Below are positions 34,220 through 46,493 of a stretch of 64,000 nucleotides of DNA, piece after piece (the first letter of the stretch is position 1; every line of letters begins with the position of its first letter). The DNA is from Selaginella moellendorffii (Eukaryota; Plantae; Lycopodiophyta): NCBI RefSeq assembly GCF_000143415.4, contig NW_003314265.1, positions 1,384,446 through 1,448,445 on the forward strand, given 5' to 3'. The notes under the pieces were generated by a model that saw only the letters and a program-made list of their open reading frames with translations, was not told the DNA's origin and searched no databases. A program made the position numbers and the translations under genes.

Positions 34220-35951
34220 TCAGGGACAGTTTGGACTGTTTCCGGGACCTCCATAGTAGAAGAAGCTCCCCCACATCTTGTCGATCCCCGGGATGATATT
34301 ATAGCAGTTTGGATGCGCCGCGTACGTCTGGAGGTTGCTGGGGAGCTGCAGCGAGTTGCGCTCGTTGACAACTCGCAGGTCTCGAAAGTAGCTCGCTCGA
34401 GAAAACCCGGCGTCGGCATACATGCCACTCCCCATCTTCGTGGAGGTGTGCTTGCCTTGCGGACGAGTGTTAACGACTTCGCCGCCCCACTCGACGACGC
34501 TGGCGGACGAAGCGAGCTCCGTGAACAGGAATGCTGGCCAGTAGCCAACGATCCGGTCACCGTATTCCAGCCACCAGTTACCTTCTTGAGGATCCTGGAC
34601 AGGAAAAGTTAGAGCGAGCAAAGGATCATCAAGGCTCAAACTTTGGAAGAACAGCTCAAGCTCTTGGATGGACAGTTTCAACGAGTTACCTTCCAGATGA
34701 GAATGCTGATATCGTACTGCGTGCCATCCGAGGAAGACGAGGGAGCAATGGCACCACCGATCAGGATCTCGGTGCTGGTCTGGACGAAGCCCGAGCAGAG
34801 AAGGTTGTAGCAGCCAGTGGCTTGGTACGAATCACTCTGTTTGAAAATGGCAGTTTGAGCTTGTCAAGGTGGGAAGTTCCTCGGAGAGCTTACCGTCCAG
34901 TAGATGAAGAGCCGGGGATATTGGTCGCCATACATGCCTGGAAACACCTGTGAGCGTCAATTACATCACGAAGAGTTCCGGGAAGTCATGTTTAAGCAGC
35001 ACCAAAAACAGATATCTTACTTGCCATCCGGCCTCGATGCTGTTGCCAATGGATCCGCTGAGGATCCACACTTGTGAGAGGCTAAACTCAGAGTTTCCTT
35101 CCACGGCTGGGTTCCAGACGTTGATGCTTGCTCGTGCTCCGTAGTACTCACCGCCTTGGACGTAAGCTATGGCATGCTGACAAAGATATCCAGCTTTGAG
35201 AAAGAGTTTGAAGAAGAGATGGATCTGAGAAGAGGCCAGAGAGAACAAGGTTGCAAGGAGGGAGGCAGCTATGCAAGAGCTACACTACGTTTAACTCGAA
35301 GAGAAGAGACGATGATCCAGGTTACCTCGTGACTCATGGATACTCCGTTTGCTCCCGGAGGTATGAAGCTCGAGTTGAACTTCCGGTGGTGGGCGCTGCG
35401 GTGAGATTTTCTGCCATACTTTCGAGCGGAGCCGCCGAAGCGAAGGATGTCTTTGGTGGTCGTTCTTCTCTGCGGGATGGTGCCGCTGGGGCATCTGCCG
35501 TGCTGCTGCCATAGCTGGAAACTTCGCTGCTCCAAGGATTGCAGCCGGTGTTGGTGGCTCACTGGTCTCGACTCTGGAGCTACCTGGGGAGTGATAAACC
35601 ATCAAACGTTTTCATCTCGGTAAGAGTGAAAGATAAGAGAAGACATGCCTTGGCTGTGGATCCTCGGAGTCCGGGATGATCGAAAGCGGGTTGATGCTGG
35701 ATGAGTATACAGTCGATGATATCCCCGTCGGGAGACTACACATTACAAAAGCAAAGTTTGAGAGGAACCAACCCAAGAAAAGCTCCGAAAGTATGTGAAA
35801 GTCCTACCTCGATCGTCTTCACCGGTGGCCTGTTTATCCGCTTCAAATGCTGCTCGATCTCCTCCAGGCCGCGGGTGGACGAGGCTACCTGGGATCCTCC
35901 GAGCAGCAGCAGCAGCAAAAGCAGCTTCCAGAGCAAAATCATTGTGACCAT
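34220..35951 (-). CDS. Neprosin-family secreted protein (activation peptide plus neprosin domain), multi-exon with one GC-AG intron
   Basis: Signal peptide; SPDGDIIDC..QPAFDHP, CPSGTIP, YYGARASINVWNP, EFSLSQVW, IEAGWQV, GCYNLLCSGFVQ, EWGGEV, FYYGGPG. Confidence 0.94.
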
Positions 35952-36969
35952 CTTCGTCTTCGTCTTGATCTTCTTGTTCTTGGTGGTGGTGCTGTTCCTC
36001 CTCCTCCTCCGAGTTCCCGGAGCTTCATAATTGGCTACATTCTCCCAAAATCTGGACAGTATGATGAGGGAAAGGTGGATTCCAAATCCCAGCCTGTGGA
36101 TTAGCAAGCTCAGCGGCAGCACAACTCAAAGATGCAAGGACTACGACATGAGAGTGAGTGTCTTCTTCTTTTTTCCCACTCGCTCTTAGTTTATGGCTTT
36201 GTTTTTGTGCTCTCCTCTTTTGGTGGATAGTGCCAGGATGCCCATCCATTTCATGGAACAGGAATCACTTGTCACTAGCGAACATTTATAAACAAACGCC
36301 CTGCAGAGCTTCACGTCTCTCTCTGTGCAAGACCAGGTATAAGTTTTTGATTGATCACACTGATATCTTGAAGCTTTTCTTTAAGTTTACACTGTGATAT
36401 CTTGAAGCTTTTCTTATTCTTTGGGTCTTGGCTGGCCAGCATTTCGCTTCTCAAGCTTCCAGATTTCACGAGAAACAAGGCTTTTTTCTTTTTTCTCCTA
36501 GAATACATCTCAACTCTTTCTTTTCATCGGGTACAAGAGTGCCTGCTGCTCCACGGACCGAGAAACAAGACTCCGTGGCTCGCGTCCCTCCCAGTGCTTC
36601 CAAATCTGCGAAGATATCTTTTCAGAAGAACAGTGTGCGCTGCTGCTCCAAACTTTTTCCCGAAAGCAACTGTGCTGCTTCTTCTTTCACGTGACGAGCA
36701 GTAAACTTATATGGAGGCACCCGCTTGTCTCCGCTCGGCCAGATCTTCCAAAGTAAAACTTGTCGCGTTCTGCATCTTTACTTTGAATCCGATCTGTTAG
36801 AACGCGGCAGTGGCAGTAACTCGGCTTCTCGGGAAACCAAAGTTCTGTGAAAGATACATTTATAAAGGAGCGAGAAAGAACCTGTTTGGTGCTGTGCTGT
36901 TTTTGCTCGAACTGTTAGAACCGAAGATTTGAGAAGAAAGAACTTAAGCCGGAAAAAAAGGTGGAGTTC

Positions 36970-39900
36970 TCACGGCCAGACTGTCGATTCTCTGTAGTGA
37001 TGTACACCGTGCTCGCTCGCGGACCCAGGAGGCAGTGTAAGGAATCTCTCAGACTTGTTAAAAAACTTGAGAGGCTCCGGAGCACTGTGCCGGCCAAACG
37101 ACGCTGAGACCTGCCTCAACAAGGCCGAGGAAGCCGAGAAATTCCCACCCTGTCCTTGTTGCCGCTGATGGTTTCGTAAGCTCTTTTGTTGGTCGTCAAA
37201 GTCCGAGGAGCTTCTGTATGATAGGAAATCCCACTCACGCTGGCGAGAAGTAGAAGCGGCAGTAACTTTGGCCTTGGCCTCTGGCGAGGAGACACTGTTT
37301 GAAGCCCCACTCGTCTCGCCTTCTTCCACGTCCATGTCGCTACAAACCAGCTTCAAAGCCTGGACAACTTCTCCCATGAAAGGCCTCTGCGACACCTCCG
37401 GTCGCACACACATGGATGCGATGGCTGCCACTCTCGCCAGGTTCTCCGGTGCCACGCTGCTTCTCAAGTCGGGATCAGCCAGAAAATCCAATCCCTCTAG
37501 ACTTGTGAGGAGCGGACGAGCCCAAGTCACTAAGTTTTCCTGTCCCTGTGCCCGTGACATATCAACTGGTTTTCTACCCGAGAGCAACTCGAGGAGTACC
37601 ACGCCGTAGCTGTAAACGTCGCTCTTAACAAGAAGGTGACCGGTCATGGCGTACTCGGGTGCCACATAACTGGAGAGAAAAGAACACATGAGATAAGATA
37701 TAAAAAAAAAGATGGAGAAAACGTACCCGAAAGTTCCCATGACTCTCGTTGAAATATGTCCAGTTAGTTCTTCCGAGGCTGCTTTGGCGAGGCCAAAGTC
37801 GGAGACTTTGGGCGTGAAGTCGTCCTCCAAAAGGATGTTACTAGATTTGAAGTCTCGGTGAATGACTCGGGGATACGAGTCCTCGTGGAGATAGGCAAGG
37901 CCTCGAGCTGCTCCAAGAGCGATCTTGAGACGAGCTTCCCAACTTAGAGGAGCGATCTTCTTATCATCACCTGAAGAGCTCATTGCTTAGTGTCTAAAAA
38001 CTTTGACAAGCGTACCATGCAAGTGAGAGTCGACGCTTCCATTTGGAATGAGCTCATAGACCAAGGAACGCATGTCATCGTCCGTGCAAATTCCCACAAG
38101 CTTGACGAGGTTCCGGTGGTGGAGACGGCTGAGCATCTCCACCTCTGCCGAAAACTCTCGATCTCCCTGTTTGTCTTCCCGAATGAGAACTTTGACAGCG
38201 ATCTTAGTCCCATCTGTTAGAACTCCACTGTAAACTCTTCCAAAACCACCTTGGCCGATCACATTAGACGGGTTGAAGTTATTAGTCGCGGCAGTCATCT
38301 CGGCTAAGGTGAAAGTCCGCACGGAGCCGGACACATATGGTACAATGCTCGAGGACACCGACGTAGAGTCGCGAGAACTGTTCGATAAAAGAGTCGCTGT
38401 TGCTGCACGAGAGAGTTTGAGTTTTTCGGACAAAACATGCCACTGCGAGATACTTACTTGATCGTTTGGTTGCACAAGACTCTAGTGCGGCTTCTGTGAG
38501 CTCCGAGTGACCTTTGTACCGCCCGCGATGCCGGACGGTGATGAGCCAACCAACACCCAAGCAAAGTATTAGTAGGAACACGCAGCTCAACGTGATAATC
38601 GCAATGAATGCCGGATGAAGGTTGCGATTTCTTCTTGCGAAGATATCAACTCCAAGTGGTTGATCTGGGAACTTTCCATCACTCGGTGGAATTCTGTTAA
38701 CATTTTGCGAAGCAAGTGGTAATCCTGCCAGAAAAAAATTTGTTAAGAACTTTTAGAGCTGCCAAGAAAGGATTTACCTGGATATATCACGTACAACACT
38801 GTGTAATTGACAAAGTATGCTTCGTTGATAGGCACGCGATGCCCCCAAAACATCTGAGAGATGTGATAGGCTGTCTGGTTTCTGAACGCGTTCCCGAGAG
38901 GTACGAGATTAACTTTGGTCTCCGTAAGGGAAAAATCCTCGCCGAAAGAGTTGGCAGCCGCTATTTGGACCTGCATCTGCTGCATGGAAATTCCAAACGC
39001 AATCTCCATAGCTAGCTCCGAGACAAGCGACAGGAAACTTGAGATGGGAATTTCGAGCGCAAGTCCCACTCTCATAGGAATGACGCACCCGCATTTTGTT
39101 CCAGGCAGAGTTGTCACGGACGGGTCCGAGCAAACTTTGTCGCAGCCTGCATAAAAAGAACGTGAAACACACACACGCAAAAGAAAGAAAAATATACCTG
39201 CGTTGGGAGGTGACGGAAAGACCATTGCTGGAGGCTGAGCTAACTGAGTTTTCGTTGGAGGAGCCACAATACCTGTAAGTTTTGTTCACTGATACGCATT
39301 CATAGAATCAAAATGGAGCACGATACCTGGCAGACGAGCAGGAGGTCCTGGTCGTGGCATAGGTGTTTGTGGAGCTGATGCTGGAGAAACTACAGGAGCC
39401 TTGCGAGGTGCAGGAGGCTGTGGACGGTTTTGAACAGGCGATGGAGCTTTAGTGACAGGAGATGGAGCTTTGGTAACAGGCGATGGAGCTTTAGTGACAG
39501 GAGATGGAGCTTTGGTAACAGGCGATGGAGCTTTAGTAACAGGCGATGGAGCTTTAATAGTGGGACGAGATGGAACTGGAGCCGGAGTGTTGCTGGCCAC
39601 TGGAGAAACAGCGAGTGATGGAAGAGAGGCCGGGGCCGTTGCTTTTCTTGTGGGGCTTCTCGGTGGAGCACTACGAGGTGATAAAGGTAGTGTAGCGGAA
39701 GAGTTTTGAATCGGACTTGGCGAGAGTTTGGGTGGCGGAGACACCACCTCTGGAGGCAAGGAAGGCGGCTGGAGCGAACGCGGAGATGGTGGCGATGTAG
39801 GTGGCGAGCTTTTGAAAGGTGGAGCTCCAGAGAGTGGTGGAGGTGAGCGACGAGAGGATGGTGCTTGAGATGGTGAAGCAACCAAAGGTGGAGGAGACAG

Positions 39901-41167
39901 CGATGGTGGCGGCGAGGATAAAGTCGTAGGCGGAGGACCGAGCGTTACAGAGGGTGGAGCATTGTCTTCGAGAGAAGGTGAAGAAACTGGCGGTGGTGAC
40001 GTTTGAAAAGGTGGTGCAGCGGAAGGGACAGTAGTCGGAGATGGTGGTGATGGAAGTGGTGATGAAAGTGGCGATGCTGGAGATGACGAAATGTTGTGAG
40101 GGACTTCTGGAGCAGCAGAAGATAGTGGCGGCAATGATGGAGGAATTGAAGCCCTTGGAGGTGGTGGAACAAACGATGGAGGTGGCGTTGATAGTGGAGG
40201 AGGAGGAAGAGGAGGAGCTGATGGCAATGGGGGCGGAGGAGAAGGCAAAATTGTTGGAGGTGGAGCTGACACGATCGGAGATGGAACTGTAGATGCTGGG
40301 GGTGGAGATGATAAGATCGGTGGTAATACGAGAAAAGTAGGAGGAGGAGCCGATGGAAGCGGCGGTGATGCAATAGGAGGAGGAGCGGACGATGGAAGCG
40401 GCGGTGATGCATTAGCAGGAGATGGAAGTGGTGGTGACACCATAAAAGTTGGAGGAGCGATCAAAGGTGGTAGCGGCAATAGAGGAGACGAAGAACCCAG
40501 CGCCGGCGGTATCGAGATCGGAAGCGATGGAACTGAATTAGAATTGGAAAACAGAGGTGGTATCTGGAGAACCGCTGGAACAGAAACGGCTGGCAATGGT
40601 GGAAGATTCACAGGAATCGAGGAAATCAAAGGTGGAGGAACTGTCTCCAAGGATTGTGGAGGAGGTGATAATAGACTTTGGCTTGGCGGTGGTGGTAGTG
40701 TTTGCTGTAGGCTTGGAGGTGGTGGTAGAGTTTGCTGTGGACTTGGAGGTGGTGGTACAAGGTCGGGTGCTGGAGGAAGAATCGATGGCGACGGTGGAGA
40801 AGAATCTAGTAGTGGTGGTGGTGACGATGATGGTGTTTGCTTTAGTGGTGGTGATGTTGCTGGTCCCTCGATGGAAGAACTTGGAGAACTTACAGTGATC
40901 ATGACCCGGGGATGCGAATTTAATAAGGCCTTGATTCCACCAACGCGCTGCTGGATATGGTGCCAAATTAAAGCTTTGAATCCTTCGCTCTTGGCGTGCT
41001 CGCTTTTCTTATTACAAGTTGGGATAGCACCGACTAAAGCTCCTGCGAAAGAGTTCCAACTTGCTGATTAAAATGCACAAGTTTTTGTTACCTTCGTCCC
41101 GGGTCGAAGTTGCCAGCAGCAGCAGGAGAAAGAAGAGGAGATCGAGAAAACGAATTCTCCACCACAT
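36970..41167 (-). CDS. Proline-rich (extensin-like) receptor-like kinase, ALE2-like, multi-exon
   Basis: Signal exon MWWRIRFLDLLFFLLLLLA (41167-41092) splices in frame to a Ser/Pro-rich ectodomain; C..CGCVIPM domain, TM helix, [40 protein letters not shown]. Confidence 0.9.
39434..39556. repeat. 21-bp coding tandem repeat (SPVTKAP, about 5-6 units)
   Basis: acagg(c/a)gatggagcttt(a/g)gt(g/a) units. Confidence 0.92.
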
Positions 41168-41184
41168 ACTTGTCGAGAATTGGA

Positions 41185-41475
41185 AAGCATAAAATCCTGG
41201 TCATGCTCGGGACGGATTCCTTGTGACAACAGCGAATTCCATCCGGAAACGAACTCCAGCAAGAACAAACGGAAGGGGACAAACCAAACAGAGAATCAAA
41301 GATCCGGTCCGGAAGAAACTCCACGATCGAAAAACCATGAGAGGGAGAAGCAAAAAATCCTAGTCATACTTGTGAGGTACCACGAACTCCAGCAAGAACA
41401 AAAGGAAGATGACAAACCAAACGGAGAATCAAAGATCCGGTCTGGAAGAAACACCACGATCGAAAAACCATGAGC
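41185..41475. repeat. About 133-bp direct duplication in the RLK 5' region, each copy starting a minus-strand ORF
   Basis: gaactccagcaagaacaaa..gagaatcaaagatccggtc.ggaagaaac.ccacgatcgaaaaaccatgag twice. Confidence 0.88.
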
Positions 41476-43048
41476 TGGCGAGGAAGAAAATTGAGAACAT
41501 TGAGAGGGAGGGGAAGAAAGAAGCAAAGAGAGAAATCGTCCCAGCACCTACCAGGACACGAGTGTTTAGGTAGACAAACCCGACGAGGCGATCGATCGAT
41601 CGGTGGACTCAATTGGATCAATGCTCAATGCGCCTGGAAACCCTGGATTTGGATCGCCCAAGATGCTGGAGCGCAAGCAAGGCGACGACGCAATCGATAA
41701 AAGCGAGGGACTGTGATCTAGTAGCCCGCGAGAGACACGAAACCTACAAGCTATGCCCCTCTTCCTCCGCCTCCTCGCCTCGCCCCTCTCTTCCTCGCCA
41801 CTCTCACAAGCCAGCATGCTTGCGGTCTCCCCGTCAAGCCCGGCCATGGAGGACAAAGGCGGAGCTACATCCATCATGGTCTCCCGCGATTGGGCCCCAT
41901 GGCCAATACCGTACTATGGGCCGTACGCGCTCTCCTATATGGGTGGGAACCAGATGGGATATGCTTGGAGAGGAGAGAGAGAGAGAGAGAAATCTTTTGA
42001 TTGAGCGCTGTTTGTGCTTGGACACCTTGCGCTGCATCGTTGGATTATAGAAAAAATTTCAAAGCTATGCACGTTTGGATGGACAGCGCGTTAGCTCGAG
42101 CTTATGACCTTCATTCCATTCCACTCCCCCCTACATGGGTGGATCTCTTGCGGAGATTTGATCGGCTATTGCGGTTCGTTTTCTATGATTTTTTTTCTTT
42201 TTTCTGGTTCTATGTTGTTTAGAGTACATGGTGTCCAATGCTTTTTGCAGTGGTGTGTGAGTTCTTTGGCGCTTTGGCAGCTTTCCCAGGCTTTGATTCC
42301 AAGCTAACATGATATTGCTTGTTTACGTTTTTAAAAAGAATCCAAAAGAATTTTGGCGCGCGCACGAACATTCCTTTAGACTTTAGGGTTCTTATGCTGC
42401 TGACATCAAAATGGCGCATTAACGCATGACCACTATTTCAGGTTTTGGATGTTTGTTATTTGGATCTTCTTGGATGGAAATTTTCCAAAGCGCTTAGCTC
42501 CAAACGCTTAGATTAAGTTTGCCATCTCTAATGTGATAGTTCATCTCCCAACCGCCTATCCTTTCCTTTGACATCTCACCGATCAACTGACCAAACGTAG
42601 GAGAGTGAGGTGCAAGCGCAAGCAAGATTTTCAACATTTGCTAGCAATTTGTCAAATTTGTTCATTCTGTCAATCCTAAGTATACGGATTTCCCTGTCCT
42701 TATGAATCCAAAGTCGAAGATGACAGGACCTGTGGAATCAACCAAAAACTAAGTGGGCCTTGTTAGAAGTCGCTCTCTCTCCACTCTCTCGCTTCCCACT
42801 CTAGCACCAGGATAAATTCTAGTCTTTTCCTTTTTCTTTCGTGATACCTATGGATACAATGATGTTCTTCATGAGTACCGTGATCTTCAAGTTCTTTGCA
42901 AGGAATCACACGAGTTCTACATCATATCCATCGTAGTGGAAAAGGAATTTGATCGTTGGTTTATCTCAACATAACTACGAGGAAGCGCTGGAAGTCCATT
43001 CCACAGCTTCTTGTACTTGACATATTCGAAGACCTTCATCATCGAAAG

Positions 43049-43120
43049 GTGGCTGTAGTTTAGTGGTGAGAATTCCACGTTGTGGCCGTGGAGACCTGGG
43101 CTCGAATCCCAGCAGCCACA
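43049..43120 (+). tRNA. tRNA-His (GTG)
   Basis: 72-nt GTGGCTGTAGTTTAGTGGTGAGAATTCCACGTTGTGGCCGTGGAGACCTGGGCTCGAATCCCAGCAGCCACA; T4 run just downstream. Confidence 0.97.
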
Positions 43121-43261
43121 TAATGATACCCTTTTGTTCTTTTCGGATTCGCAGCGCGTGAAAGCTCCCTCGTTTTAAGTTAGTAGGAGAAACACGTCTC
43201 GGACAGCAATATAAACCCGCAACTCTAAAGCTTTTTCTCGGATTTATCGCTCCAACGGTCA

Positions 43262-45023
43262 ATGGCGGCCCCGACATCTCTCCCCGGCTTGATCCTCGCT
43301 ATTGTCACAGCTGCTTGCCTCGTCCACTACTCAGGTACACAGAGATTCAATCCTTAGGTCATCTAGAGAACTGCCTCGGACTCGATCGAGGAAGAGATTG
43401 CAGAGAAAATCGTCTAGAAATTTGCTTAGGACTTCTCTCTCGCTCGATCCATCTCCACTATTTCTCTCTCCATTCACTGTTGGATCCATTTGCAGGAGCT
43501 GCCGGAGGAGAAGCCCATCCGGACAAGTACCTGGGAATCAACTATGGAAGGCTGGGCAGCAATCTCCCCTCGGTCGATCAAGCCGTGTCCCTCATCGCCC
43601 ACTCCACCACCATCCGCAAGGTAAAGATCTTCGACGCCGACCCCAGCGTCCTCCGCGCGCTCGCCAACACGAGCATCGAAGTAACCATCACATTCCCGGA
43701 CGACCTCATCTACCGCACGGGCCGCCGCGCGCTCAACGCGTACCGCTGGATCCGCTCGAACGTACTGCCCTTCGTCCGCAGCGGCACGCGCGTCGCCTCC
43801 ATTTGCGTCGGCAATGAGGTGCTCATCAACGTCGCCGCCAGCGGTAAGCGCGTTCCCAGCCAGCTGGTGCCCGCGCTGTACAACCTCCAGTCCGCGCTGC
43901 AGCGCTACGACCTCCACGGTATACAGCTCAGCACGCCGCACGCTCTCAACGTGCTCAACCCCTCCTTCCCGCCCAGCCGCGGCACCTTCCGCAAGGATCT
44001 CCTCCCATACCTCCGCCCACTCCTCCAGTTTCTCAACGCCACCGGCGCGCCATTCATGGTAAACCCCTACCCTTACTTCGCGTACCGCGCGGACCCCCGC
44101 GGCTCACCGCTCGACTACGCGGCCTTCAAGCTCCGCCGCGGCGCCGGCGTTCGCGACAACCGGACAGGCCTCCTCTACACGAATCTCCTGGATGCGCAGG
44201 TAGATACTGTGTACGCCGCAATGGACGCCATCGGCTTCCCCAACGTCCGCGTCGTGGTGACCGAGACGGGCTGGCCGTCGGGCCCGGAGTCCGAGACCGG
44301 CGCGTCACCCGCCAACGCCGCAGCATACAACGGCGGCGTCGTGCGGCACGTACGGTCAATGTCCGGCACGCCGCTGCGGCCCAAGGTCCCCCTCGAGGCC
44401 TACATATTCGCGCTGTTCGACGAGAACACCAAGACCGGCCCAGAGTCCGAGCACCACTACGGCATCTACCGCGCGGACATGTCGGTGTCGTACAGCATCG
44501 GTGTCCAGACCACCCCCGCGACGCCGTCGCCAAGCTCGGGCTCCTGGTGCGTCGCCAAGGCCGACACCGGCGTACCGCAGCTGCAAGCCGCGCTGGACTG
44601 GGCTTGCGGCCCGGGCAAGGCCGACTGCTCGGCCATACAGCCCGGAAAAGCCTGCTACGTCCCGAACACAGTGCTGGCTCACTCGTCTTACGCGTTCAAC
44701 AATTACTACCAGCTGAATGGACGGCAAGCGAGCGACTGCGTCTTTGGCGGCACCGCCATAGTGACCAATACCAATCCAAGTAAGTGTCGCTTCTTCACCG
44801 GTGGATGATGTTTGCTTGCGGTACGTCGTTTGCGTCCTCTTCATTTTTTCTCCTTATTTATTTGCCTGGCTGCCTGGACTGCTCGCTGGCTGCTGCTGCG
44901 GCTGGATTCCACAGGTGTTTGTCTGCTCGCGAAAGTGACGCATAGGAAAACTTACTCGTTTTCTTACACTTGCTTGCACTCTGGCTTGCTACAGGCTATC
45001 AGGGTTGTGCATATCCGTCCTGA
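43262..45023 (+). CDS. Glucan endo-1,3-beta-glucosidase (GH17) with X8/CBM43 domain, three exons, no obvious GPI tail
   Basis: Signal exon; GINYGRLGSNLP, VGNEV, NPYPYF, VTETGWPS, FALFDEN; X8 WCVAK..LDWACG..YAFNNYYQ; last exon YQGCAYPS*. Confidence 0.95.
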
Positions 45024-45194
45024 AATTTGGAGTAAGCTCTACGCTGGAGCCTGATGAGAAAGAGAGGAAACGGCAGAGTATTATATTTACATTTTTTCCG
45101 TAAAAGAGCATTCAAGACTCACCGATTCATACAGTACGTAACTGTTGCAAACACATTTTCCACTGAGATGTTGCTCGTTCGGCGATGGTTCCAA

Positions 45195-46423
45195 TCAGAA
45201 GACGTCCTCGTCATTTAAATAGGACGTCCTGTAGGTTTCTCTAAGCCGGGTGTCGCGATATTGCGTTTCCAGCTCAAACTTCTGCAAAAGTTTACGTCAC
45301 GGGCTTGAAAGAAAGAAAGAAAGAATAACAAACCTGTATTTCACCAGAGCTTGTCACTTTACACCTAGAAAGAACCAGATTCCCAGGACGTGTTAGCAAG
45401 CCTGCCTCGATAACAAGCTCGTCCTCAACTTTCCGGATGGAGGACCATGTCCCTTCTGGAAGTAGTATACAGCCCTTCGCGTTTGTCCTCTCCACCGGAT
45501 TAGAAGCCTCTAACACCATCTTGTTGACGCAGCCACATCCTTCAACCTGGAAAGCGAGAGAGTAAAAGCATATAAAACACAAGCAGTGCTGACTTACCGG
45601 CGAGAAGCTACGCCTGATAGTTTGCCAAGTCCCACGTAAATCCGATGGCTTGAGTCGCGGGCCCCCAGCGAAAGCAGCATGCCGGGTCAGGCAACTCTCC
45701 ACAGTTTTTCCAGATTGGAAGGACTCCTCCCACTGCTCCTTGTAGACAGTGATCCCTTCCACAGGCATCCCAAGCTCTCCAAACTTGTGAAGAACTCTCA
45801 TCCTCAAGCCTTCTATGTCTTCGTTTACTAGGCAGTGCTCCACCACCACCTCATTCTCGTTGTCCCAGACCGCTACGTATGAACCGCTGGGATGGAACGC
45901 TAGAAACTTTTGCTTCTCGGCCTTCGCCTCGTCCAAGGCTTGCTCTTGGGTGCTGTAGATGGACACCGTCGTTGCTCCACACCCGACTGTGGGATACAAG
46001 CGAAGCGTCTTGTTGTAGAACCTTGGAGGGTCTCCATCCGCGAGAGCGGCACAGTAGGTCTCCCAGTCGCAAACTTCCACCTCCCATTCCACATACTCTT
46101 GCGGGACTAGCGCCGATGGAAGCTGCAAAGGCTTCCCCTCGCGATCGAAATCCACAGCGGCGCCACTCCACTCCCCTGACGCATTCTTGGAGAAGGTTTT
46201 CCAGCCCACTGCGAAGACGAAGCGATGATCGATTCGATCCATTCGATCGAATGCTCAACGAAAGCATCGTACCTGGCGATCGAGCTCCCACCTTGGCGAC
46301 CTCCGATGGCGCCGCCGTGCTACAGCCGAGGATCACTCCTCGCCGGGCGCGCGGAATTCTTGGAATATCGGCCTTGGGACAAACCCTAGGCAATGGGAGG
46401 GAACACAATGCTGCTATCGCCAT
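45195..46423 (-). CDS. Conserved plant protein of unknown function, probably chloroplast-targeted, four exons
   Basis: Transit-like first exon; WKTFSKNASGEW..GKPLQLP..VPQEYVEWEVEV.DW..YPTVGC; consistent GT-AG phases. Confidence 0.75.
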
Positions 46424-46493
46424 TCGCGCTGGGTAGGGTTTTAGCGATGGCGCCCGATTGAAATCCTCTCTCGATCTCTCTCCTCCGATCGTC

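Noticed and set aside
41968-41992. GA microsatellite
   Set aside because: Ordinary plant promoter or 5' UTR feature
42999-43018. TTCCACAGCTTCTTGTACTT resembles miR396
   Set aside because: No complementary star arm nearby; a similar string occurs by chance inside the POR CDS near 20621
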